Source: the human T2T-CHM13v2.0 reference genome, Homo sapiens. From it: a stretch of 64,000 nt of DNA. Under the pieces are notes generated by a model that saw only the letters and a list, made by a program, of their open reading frames with translations, did no database searches and had not been told where the DNA came from. Made by a program: the position numbers and the translations under genes. The stretch lies in assembly GCF_009914755.1 (NCBI RefSeq), contig NC_060935.1; one strand, 5' to 3'. The number at the start of each line of letters is the position of its first letter. The first letter of the stretch is position 1. Positions 11,686 through 23,099 of this stretch are shown here, in pieces.

Positions 11686-11911
11686 GGCCGCGCCGGCTCC
11701 GCGGCCCGTCGCCGCCCGGTGGCGAGAGCGCGTGGCGGCTCGAGGGATGCGCGGAGGTCGCCGGGTCTTGTCTCCACGCTGCCCTCAGGGGGCTGCCGGC
11801 AACGCCTCCATGCGCGCGCGGGCTCCAACGCCCGGCTCTGCTCAGCCCGCGCCTTCCGCGGCGTGGCCGCCCGCGCCTCACCGGCCTCTGCGGCGCGAGC
11901 CCGGCGGGGGC
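11620..11911. promoter_or_regulatory. CpG-island-like segment imported with the retrocopy (5' UTR and start of CDS)
   Basis: About 48 CpGs counted by hand in about 280 bp, in an otherwise CpG-depleted window. Promoter activity is not demonstrated. Confidence 0.6.
11785..11811 (-). other. uORF MEALPAAP* in the retrocopy 5' UTR, in frame with the main ORF
   Basis: ATG at 11811-11809, TGA at 11787-11785; 126 nt upstream of the main ATG. Confidence 0.8.
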
Positions 11912-14247
11912 AGCATCAACTTTCATGTGACATTAATAGCCTTACTGCTCTCCCCCAACTGTGGTAGATTTCAGTTGATTCTGAGAATTACAGTGGAAAA
12001 GTTTATCATATATCTACTATCTGTACAGATATAGAACTCTTTTATTTTGAATGACAAGTCTTTCCCCCGACAAGAGGATATCATTCCTATTGTGCATAAG
12101 GCCCTTCAGACACAAACTCTAACACTTGTAGCCTCCCCAGTAATTGACATGGTTTGGTAGGAATCCAGAGGAATTATTCTTTATGTAATAATCTACATGA
12201 TAATCTTCATGTAATAACCTACATGATAATCTGCATATGAACAGGCAAGGTTTCCACCTCTGCTTCAGAAAATGAGAAAAATGAATGCTTAGTTTGGTGC
12301 TTATAAACTAAAACAATAGTAGAAAAGTGGGCAGCAAGAACAAAATAGCAAAAATCTATGGGTATCAGCCCAAAGTATTTGAATTTATTCTGTATGTAAT
12401 ATATATGCAGTGGAAGACTATTGCCCTTTGAAGAGTGGAATTGTGTGAAAAAATAGTGCATAGAAAGAATTATATGGAGGTGTTACGCAGATTGGATTTT
12501 GTTGTCGTTGTTGTTGTTGGAGGGATTAGAGGCAGAGGACCAATACATATGATGGGGCTAAGTACCTATGGCCCATACTAAATGTAAGAAGAATCAGAGG
12601 TCATATCTGTAGATAAGACAAGAAAGCAAAGAAGGTAAAAAATATGTGAACACAGAGATGCCATCTAAAAGAAGCAAAATTCTCTATGAATTATCTATGA
12701 ACTCAAATGCTTCTTTCCAAAGAACAGCAAATATTCTATGCATGACTAAGAGTATTTATGGTTTACAATTATAGAAATATACAGAACACCAATACACAAA
12801 TAATTTATGCAATAATAACACTAATATCATTGGCAATTTAGATAAGAAAAAGCATGATGTGTTAAAGTCTAGCTTAATGAACAAAGAAGATAATGTAAAA
12901 CATTCTTCAGAGAGCAAATTCAACTGAAGCTGACAACCTGAAATCTTAATCACAACCAATGATCTGGACTGCTGGAAAAAGGAGCCCAAGAAAAGATCGA
13001 TCAAATACTAAAAAACAGACTATTTTCTTTGCATTTTGCCCAAAAATAGTAGTTAGATATCCACCCATGTACTTACCATTTATTTCCTTCTCCAGCCAAA
13101 ATTTTTATTTACATAATATTTCTTAGTTTTTTTCCTTTTCTACTCTTCTAATCCTCTATTCCAATTGGAAAAATTGACAAACTAAAGTATGTCTTAAAAA
13201 AGCTAGTGATTGAGCATCATTCGATCTGGAGTTAAAAATATTAATTGCCACTTTCAAGAAAGGAAAAACTGATTATTTTATTTTTATTAAATCTCCACTG
13301 TGGAAACGGAGATAACATGGAGGAAAGGATTCCTGTTTCTTCTGCTAACAAACAATTTGTGGAAGAGTGAGAGACTAGTGAAACCCCCTCTGAGAACAAA
13401 CAAATAACAGAGAGTAGAACATCAAAGGAGAAAACTCAGAAACATCTCAAGAAGACTCCAGCATATAAACCAAATGGACTTGTGATAGTGAAAATTTTGA
13501 AATTTCTATTAAAATCCCAAGTTGATTACTTATTATCTATTTTCTCCAAGTGATTAGTAGTAAAATTCATGAAATGAGAAAGGCCCAGTTAAGAAAAATC
13601 AAGGGTAATAGGAGCTATGAAGACATATGTCACTCCACAGCCAAGTGGTGAGGGCAGAGGACTTCTGAGGGGTGGAGTGGTTGTGACAACTCTTATCAGC
13701 AAGCTCCTCTTTGGGCCCGTCTGACAAAGCTTATCCTTTTATCAAAGGTCGAAGGAGTAAACTCCTTGTTTGAAGGCATTTCCCTACCCACTTATATATC
13801 CTTGGACAGTGAGAATCATTGTTTTTATCTCCCATATCCCTGAGTTCTTATGATTTGCTTATTTACTTTTAAAAGCATCAGTGAGGGTCCGATTTATCAT
13901 TTTTTGTTGTTGTGCCCAAAACATTTGAGAATCTGTAGTTGTTTAGAAGTTGTTATTAGGTATACTCATTGAAAAAATATGAGCTTCTCAGAGGCCTGAT
14001 TACCTAATGGGCTTAGACTCAAAACTGATGTAACTGTCAATAAGGCTTAAAAGAATTAAGTATGCACTAAATACGTAGATAGCATTTACTGAGAAGAAAA
14101 GGAAAAGTGAACAGATTTCCTTGAAGGAGTGGAAGAGAAATGGCACTTAAGAAAAGCAGTTTTCCTTACAAAGGAGAGAGGAGAGTTCTTAGATATATAA
14201 ATAACATATTAGACACTTCACAAATATTAGGGCTTGAAAGAACACTG

Positions 14248-14672
14248 CTCATCCATGTCCCTGCAAAGGACATGATCTCCTTTTGTTTTTTTTGTTTTGT
14301 TTTGTTTGGCTGCACAGTATTCCACGGTGTATGTGTACCACATTTTCTTTATTCAGTCTATCATTGATGAACATTTAGGTTGATTCCATGTCTTTGCTAT
14401 TGTAAATAGTGCTACAATGAACATACGCATGCATGTTTCTTTATAATAGAATGATTTATATTTCTTTGGGTATATACTCAGTAATAGAATTGCTGGGTCG
14501 AACGGTATTTCTGTCTTTAGGTCTTCAAGAGATTGCCAGACTCTCTTCCACAATGGTTGAACTAATTTATACTTCAACCAACAGTGTACAACAAACTCCC
14601 ATGACATAAGTTTACCTATGTAATCAACCTGCACATGTACCCCTGAACTTAAAATAAAAGTTAAAAAAAAAA
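14248..14672 (+). mobile_element. Short 5'-inverted L1PA (about PA11-13) insertion
   Basis: Antisense ORF2-end piece 14248-14590 joined to sense 3' end with A tail; TSDs gaaagaacactg (14236-14247) and gaaagaatactg (14673-14684). Confidence 0.85.
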
Positions 14673-16682
14673 GAAAGAATACTGTCATCTAATCCAAGGG
14701 TTGATAAATAAGTCATCTAGAGTCCGTGAAATATTTGAGAACTTGCCACCCGAATGGACTTCGGAGACTTTACCCCAATCACAATTAGAGCAGTTCTACT
14801 TGTATGTGTTTTACATGTTGAAATGACATTCAGTGTAGGAATTTTTTTTTAAAAAGGGTTTCTGGGTTTCCACTTCTGGATTGGCAGTGGGAGAAGCTTC
14901 ACGGACCTTCTCCTTTGCAAAACAAGCATAACTAGTAACAATTATGAAAAAATAATACTCCCCCACTTAAAGTCTCTAGAAGTTATTCTAAGGGTACACA
15001 GCAAATGCTGAAACATTTATTCAAGAAAATCTACTACAACATTAAGAGCAGTGAGGCTCTGTGGCATTTGAATCATGATCTTTTAACTTCCTCTCACTTG
15101 ACAGAGATTGTGTTGAATTTGTAGACTAACTTAGAAAGTATTGTCATGTTAATGATAGTTAAGTCTTCCAATCTGTGAACAAGGGGGGTCTTCCTGTTAT
15201 TTTATTCAGATCTTTATTAATTTCTTTCCATAGTGTTTTATAGTTTTCAGTATATAAGTCTTGCCCTGATTAGGTTAAAATTATTCCTAAGTATTCTATT
15301 CTTTCTGATATTACTGAAATTGTTTTCTTACTTTCCTTTTCAGTTTGTTTATTGCTAATGTTTAGAAATACAACTGATTTTTATATATTGATTTTGTATC
15401 TTGCAATTTTTCTAAACTCGTTCAAACTGTTTATTTGTAGCTTCTTTATGATTTAAGACACTATTATCTGCAGAAATAGTTTTAATTTTTCCTTTCCAGT
15501 GTGGACAGTTTTTATTCTTTTTCATGCCTAATGGCCCTGGCTTAAACCTTCAATACAATGTTAAACAGAAGTAGTCTAAGCAAACATCTTTGCCTTGTTC
15601 TTCACATTAGGAAAATTATTTGAGTTTTTTTTTCAGTTTTTAGTAAGTGAGTATGATGTGTTAGCTGTGGCTTTTTCATAGGTGTTATTTATCAAAATGA
15701 GAAAGCTCTTTTTTATTCCTAGCTTGATGCATGTTTGTTTTTTAAATCATGAAAGGTACTATCTTTTTCTGCACCTATTGAGATGACCATGGGTTTTTAT
15801 TTTCTCTTTATTATATTAATGTGGTATAATAAATTTATTGATTTTAATATGTTGAGCCACCTTTGTATTCCTCAAATAAATCCAGTTTGGCTTTGACATA
15901 AACATTTTTATATGCTGCTGGGCAGTTTTTCAGTATTGTGCTTAGAATTTTTTTTCCATTTATATTTGCAAGTGTTATTGTTCTGTAGTTTTCTCTTGTG
16001 ATGGTTTTTTGTCTGACTTTGCTCACAGGATAATACTGGCCTCGTAGAGTAAGTCAGGAAATGTTCCCTCCTACTCTACTTCTTTTGAAATACTTTAATT
16101 AATGTTCTTTAAACATGTGAGAAAATCAATTAATTAAGCTATCTTGTCCTGAGATTTTCTTTGCAGATTTTTTTTTTTTTTTTTTTGGATGAGTAGCTTG
16201 TATCTTTACTTACTACAGGTCTGTTTGTTTAGATTTCTATTTCTTCTTGAGTCTGTTTTAATAATTTGTGTGTTTCTAGGAATTTATTTTATCTACTTTA
16301 TCTAGTATCAGTTGCTGCCATACAATTGTTTATAGTATTCCTTTGTAATTTTTTCTCCTGTAAAGACAATAGTAATGTCCCCTCTTTCATTCCTGATTTT
16401 AGTAATTTGAATCTTCTTCTTTTTTTTTTTTTCTTGGCCAGTCTAGCTAAATGTTTGTCATTTTTGTTGATCTTTTCAAAGAATCAACCTTTGGTTTCAT
16501 TGATTTTCTCTACTGTGTTCGTATTCTCTATTTTGCTTATTTCTACTCGAGTCTTTACTATTTTTTCTTCTTATTTGAGTTTAGTTTTGATCTTTTATTT
16601 TCTTGTTTCTAAGGCAGGTGGTTATGCTATTAATTTGTGATATTTCCTTTTTTAATGTAGTCATTAATAACCATAAATTTCA

Positions 16683-16981
<299 letters not shown>

Positions 16982-17930
16982 GATTTCCCTCATTGCCGCT
17001 TTTGCTATTCTCCATGGCTTTGGTATATTTTGTTTTTAATGTATCTCAAAGCATTTCCTAAATCTCTTGTGATTCTTTCTTTAATTCAACTATTATTTAG
17101 CAGTATGTTGCTTAATTTCCCCATATATTCATAAATGTTTCAAATTTCTTTTTATTATTAGTTTCTATTTTTTTTCCATTGTGGTTGGAGAATATACCTT
17201 GTATGATTTCAATCTTTTCAAAGTTTTGAGACTTGTTTTATGGTCTCACATGTAATTAATCCTGGAAAATAGTCCATGTGCACTTGAAAAGAATGTGCAC
17301 TCTGTTGTTGGGTAGAGTGTTCTATAAATATCTGTTAGGTCTCATTGGCACATAATATTGTGCAAGGTTTTTCTTGCTGATTTTTGGTCTAGTCCTATCC
17401 CTTACTGAAAGTGGGTATTAAAAAGTCTCTATTAGAGTTGACTTGCAAATGTTTGCCTTCAGTTTTGTCAGTTTTTGCTTCATGTATTGTGTGGCTCTGT
17501 TGATAAGTGCATACATATTTATAATTCTTGTATCTTCTTCAGCAATTGACCTTTTTATTGTTATATTATGTCTTCTTTTGTCACTTGTTAAAATTTTTGT
17601 CTTAAAGTCTGTTTTGTCTGATATTAGTATACCTATTCAAGCTCTCTTTTGAATATTTTTTACATAAAATATCTTTTTCTTTTCAACCTATCTGTGCATC
17701 TAATGTGAGTCTCTTGTAGACAACATATATTGAGGTCATTTTAAAAAATCCAGTTAGCCAATTTGTGTCCTTTTATTGCAGAACTTAATCTACTTATATG
17801 TCATGTAATGGCTGATAAAATGTTATTATTCTTGACATTTTTCTATCTGTTTTCTATACATGTTATGTCTTTCTTTATTGTTCCTCAGTTCTTCCATTAC
17901 TGCTTTCTTTTGTGTTGAATACATAATTCC

Positions 17931-18230
17931 TAGCTGTTCCCAACCTTTTTGGTGCCAGGGGCTGGTTTCATAGAAGATAATTTTTTCATGGATGGAGGTA
18001 GAAGGGATGGTTTTGGGATGAAACTGTTCCATCTCAGTTCATCAGGCATTAGAGTCTCATAAGGAATGTGCAACCTAGATCCCTCACATGCCCAGTTCAC
18101 CTGCCACTTAGCTGACAGGAGGCAGAGCTCAGGTTATACTCACTTCACTACTCACCTCCTGCTGTGTGGCCTGGTTCTTAACAGGCCACAGACAAGTAGC
18201 AGCCCATGGCCCAGAGGTTGGGGACCCCTG
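17931..18230 (+). mobile_element. MER1B hAT-Charlie MITE
   Basis: TIRs tagctgttcccaacc and ggttggggacccctg; MER1B internal sequence. Confidence 0.85.
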
Positions 18231-19914
18231 TTATATGGAGCATGCTCTCATTTTTATGCTGTTATTGTCCCACATTTTATCTGTATACATTATATGCCCA
18301 CCAACCTGGATTTATAATTATAGCCTTATATATTTTGTTTTAAATCGGATAGAAAAAATAAGTTACAAACTCAAAGAGCATTTTTGTAGTCTTTTAAATT
18401 TATCTATGCAGTTATCTTTCACAGTGCTCTTTACTTTTTCTGGTGGATGAGTCACTGTTTAGTGTCCTTTCTTTTCAGCTTGAACTGCTTCCTTTAGCAT
18501 GGTTGGAGGAAGTCTACTAGCAATGCAATCTCTCAGTTTTTCATTTATTGGGAAATTTCTTTATTTCTCTTTCATATTTGAAGAATAATGTTGCCAGATA
18601 TAGAAATCTGGGGTCACAGTATTTTCTTTCAGCACTTTGAATATGCCAATATTCTGGCCTTCATAGTTTCTGGTAAGAAGTCAGTTCTCTCTTCTCACCT
18701 TCTAGCACTTCTGTTACACATATGTTGATATACTTAATGATATTGCTCAGATCTGTTAGGTTTCGTTCATTTTTAATTTTTTTTTTTTGCATTTTATTCT
18801 TCAAAGTGGCTAATCTCAATGGAATGAGAAGTTCAGGGACTTGTCTAAGGTAATAAAGCTGTCTGATAGTAGATGAGAAACTACTGCACACGTCCCTGCC
18901 TTAACCCAGTTATTTGCTCATTCCATTGAATTAAAAGAAGATAAACTAAAAATATACAACCTCTTTTTAACCACCAAAGAATATCTACAAGTGGATAATT
19001 TTAGTTATCAGAGAAAACATAGCCCCTGGAAAATAATATGTCCGAAGTTACATGAATAGTAAATGGCAGGGCCAGGAATTAAAACAATGTTCTTAAGAAC
19101 CAATCTGGTTCTTAAGCCCATCAACTCCTAACTAAAAATAATAATACAATTAAATAAGAGGGAATAATTATTAATCAAAATTAAGATAGATTCAGTATAA
19201 CAATAGTGGTATGTATTTTTAAGAAGTTACATATGGTTCTGTCATTATGCATTGATGATTGTCCAGCAGATATGCTGGGAAGTTGGTAGAATGCCCCTTG
19301 GAAGGAAAGATGTGGGGTCACAAGTAAGCTGTGCCTAGAATATTATTCTGGTTTTAGGTAAGGTAAGCCCCTGAAAGGAGATCCAGGGGTCTAAACATGA
19401 GCATTCAAGGAATTTTATGAACTCTGGTTTGACTTTGGCTTACTATTTTACTTCTTGGTCCTATTTTTTCCAACTTCTGATATTTTTTTTTAACCTAACT
19501 ACATTAGCTACTTCAGAGTAGTAATATTTGATGTTATTTCCAAAGGGACCTAATTTAGTGTGAGATCTATTGTTCAGAAACAGGTGGTTGAGGTTATAGC
19601 TTTGGGTAGTCTGCCTGCTTGGCATTACTTTCTCAGTGATAGAAGTTTAAATAGTATCAACCCTCTTGAGAAAAAGACTAAAAAGAATAAGGCCAAATAC
19701 TAATGTTCTAGCAAAATATTCTACACAACAGGGCAGAATTTGATTCTCAGTATGAGAAGGAAAGTGGTAAGCTTGCAAGGCAGATGTCTAGGCTGTGTAA
19801 AAAAGGAGATTAGGAGAATGCTATACTCATCGTGTTCTTAGAATTCATTTTTAGCACATCTGTGGTTACATAAATGTTACGAATTCTAGACTCATTCATT
19901 TTGGGCATGAATGC

Positions 19915-20048
19915 AATGGTTCTCAACCTATTATAATACTGATGCCCAGACTTCCATATATGTTAATTCAGAATTTCTGTGTTTGGGGCTTGCACATGGG
20001 TATTAAAAAAAAAAACACTGATTCATGCAGCAAGGATTGAGAAATACT
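19915..20048. mobile_element. MER5-type hAT fragment
   Basis: caatggttctcaac...gattgagaaatact termini. Confidence 0.55.
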
Positions 20049-21169
20049 TTTGCAATAGATTACCTATTCCAGTAGGTATGACTTAGAAAATGGATGAAAC
20101 AGACATAATGTATTAAGTAACTCCAGCTGAGTGAGGGTGGCAAAGGTACTGGCTGCTCCCCACTCTGCTCTGAAAGAATGGTGTTTTATCAGAGCCTCAA
20201 AGTTGGTCTCTGGTATTAGATTTGGCACTGTATAGTGGGAATAGATAGGTCAGTCTTTGGAAGGAAGAAAGCCATATTGTTGAACCTATACAAAGGCTTA
20301 GAAAACAGGCCAGGGCCTATTTACACTGTTTACAATTAAATATACAATAAAAATACCTTGTTTTTCTTAAATTCACCCAATATCTGTCCACTTATCATAT
20401 TTGTTTCTTCATAATTTAATGGGAATTTTTTCCCATATATTCTATGATGCACATTATAAAAAGTGTCAAAGAAGATGATCATAAATCCTCATTTTTTTCC
20501 AATCTAACACTTAACTTTAAAATCTTTTCGTACTTCACACTGAGCCAGAAACAGCCCCAACTTATTTCACTTTTTTTTTTTTTTTTGCACATTTTCATTT
20601 GGCCAGATGTTGCCATATAGGTAATAAGAGATTTCCTTTATTTTTCTTTTGAGGAAAATTGTTACATCCATCAGGCTTCTAGCAAAAAAAAATCAATTTT
20701 CTTTTTTATTCTTGCCTGATTTGATATAGATAGCTAATATGGAAACATAATTTTTCTCCTTCACTACTTTCAAGGTATCAGGTGTCATAATTACTCAAAT
20801 TATAAATAGTTAAAAGAAACATAAAAAACGTTTCTCATCTATGTTCAGATAGAATCCATTTGAGAAGAAAATTTTTTGCCTTTCACCATAGCAATCAATA
20901 TACACTCCATTGTCATAATGCCACACCTTCAACATGAATTTAAAGGCATAAAAATAAGTGTTGTGGAATCAATTAGCACAATCTTTTGGGACTTTGCACC
21001 AAAACACAATTGCACATTGTTAAGTTTTATGAAGAACATGATTTTTTTTAAAAAATCCATATTCTCAAGATACATTTGGGGTGTTGCTACATGGTAGTGC
21101 AGGAAAGACTATATGCATGAAATTCAGGGCCTTCTTTGAAGTTTTTAGCATTTCTGTGTTCAATAATTT

Positions 21170-22523
21170 AATGGAAGACTACAGTAACCGAAGAAAGGTG
21201 AAAATCACTCAGATTTCCAATTCTCTAGGAAAGAAGGTTTGAGTCATTTGATAGGTAGAGATCCTTAGCCAGCCGAAATGCTGGCTGAGTGCAAATATAA
21301 CATTTAATGGGTAGTAAAAAAAATAAAATAAAATGAGGTCTGCAGCAGCTATGCATCTTTTCTTTCCTGGTCCTTCTGTGTTTTCACATATAACCTAATT
21401 TGTGTCTGTCTGTGTGTATACATATACAGTATTTTTATATATTAACATTTCATGTCTTATTATTTCATATGTGTTATCAATGATATTTAATCTTATAATT
21501 CTCTCTTTAGAGTACAGAATGTTTATATAAACCATGACAAAATTTGAGGTTTATATAACATCTCCCAGAGATGGATAATATGGCTATTAATCAAAAAGGA
21601 ATAATTAATCAGAAATGGCTTTTGGGACATTAGTTACCTCTTCATGTGCATAGAATGAAATAATCTTGGTTTGAAAAAACTAGCATAAGTTTGTTATTGT
21701 TATTGTGTGAAATTTAATTATGTATGGGAGGGTAAATGTGTATCAATGCCTGATAGACAAGAGGTGGACTGTGCCAGTTTTTAAGCTATTGTTTCCAGCC
21801 CCAACGATGTCCTACTATATTCCACTTTGGGATACTGGGGCTGACAATGTGTAAGCTGCATTTCTCTTTTGCTAGTTGAATCCCTGATAGACACTACATA
21901 TAGGCTAGAACAGCAAAGGATTTGTTCCTTCTTGTTTATTTCAGTGACTGTTCTTGACCCTAGGAAGAGCAGTAGAGTCTAGCTTCTAGCTTTCTTATCA
22001 GCACACCAAGAATCAGCATTATCATTCCTCTTAAGAAGTTTCAACATGCTTTAGGCCGTATTCCCCATTCCCTCACACCCGTACATCCCTCTCTGCTCAA
22101 AAATCTGAGATCTAGTTCTGTAGAGCACTAGTATACTCATGAGCTATCAGTACCAGTTGACTAAAGCCTCCTACTCAGGAGTTTGAATTCCTGCCCTGTG
22201 AGGCTCCTCCTCCAATGTCAGGTGATATGAGATATCACTACTAAATAAACAGTGTCCCCTCTTCAGAAATCTGAGTCCAGGTTTTCGAAGCCCTTCCCAA
22301 AACTACTAGATTCTAATATCTGTTACTACTTTGTTATTTTTCCCCAGCCCTAGGAGTGGTACTGCTTCCTCCAATGCCTATCTCTGTAATTTTTCAGTTT
22401 TCTTTCCACTTTTGAATTTTCAAATATCTGTTTAAGCTATTGTTTATTATTATATAAACAACTGACATTATTAAAACAACTAGCATTGTTTCTGTTTTTT
22501 CTCATTGAATCTTGACTAATACG
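21170..22523 (+). mobile_element. ERVL-class relic: 3' internal sequence, polypurine tract and LTR41/LTR33-like LTR (21770-22523)
   Basis: gacaagaggtggac immediately before TG at 21770; internal repeats cccctcttcagaaatctgagtcc; end tgactaatac. Confidence 0.6.
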
Positions 22524-22529
22524 AAACAT

Positions 22530-22582
22530 GAACACACACATATACACACACACACACACATATACACAAGTACACACACATA
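22530..22582. repeat. Imperfect (CA)n
   Basis: Directly visible. Confidence 0.85.
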
Positions 22583-23099
22583 CCTCTATCATTTTGTATA
22601 AAACTATAGAAAACAAAGTTCTTTATAGCTAGTCGAATGTGGGTTAATGTGATTTTTTTAATATAAAGTTAAAAAAAACCTAGTAATTATAGAGTATACA
22701 TTGAAGGCATATGACATAGGACAGTATCAGAAATACTTGGTGTGTATTTAGATTTCATACATTTTATAGGCAAAAACTTACATTCACACATCCAAATTGC
22801 TCTAAAAATATTTGTAAGTTTTTCAATAACAAATACTCGATTTTAAATTAAAGTTTAAAATTATATTCTTGAGTTTTATTAACAATATTTTAAGTGCTCA
22901 TTAGCCACATGTGCAGATATAGGTCATTGTCTTTATTACTCATATTTCACCCTGATTCTATAGCAAACCATATGTAAAATTTTTGAACAATATATGGCAG
23001 TTTAATTATGTCAAAGATGAGAACAGAAGTAAAATGCCACTGTTTAATTAAAATATGTGCCTCATTTTGTCAGAAGATACTAGACCAGCAAGTAATAAT

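Larger units (their letters stand above)
10652..11911 (-). pseudogene. SLC25A33: Processed (L1-mediated) retrocopy of SLC25A33 mRNA: 5' UTR, CDS, short 3' UTR, poly(A)
   Basis: T23 at 10652-10674; AATAAA on the minus strand at 10688-10693; TSDs agcaacaacttt (10643-10654) and agcatcaacttt (11912-11923), one mismatch; minus-strand nick context TG/AAAG resembles the L1 endonuclease consensus TT/AAAA. Confidence 0.95.

Noticed and set aside
11579-11967. Overlapping Arg/Pro/Ala-rich ORFs around the retrocopy 5' end
   Set aside because: Stop-poor shadow frames of very GC-rich sequence with non-ATG starts.
12800-13500. Purine-rich, exon-like unique sequence upstream of the retrocopy
   Set aside because: No coherent splice-site pair or recognisable protein similarity. 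A host gene or lncRNA cannot be excluded without transcript data.
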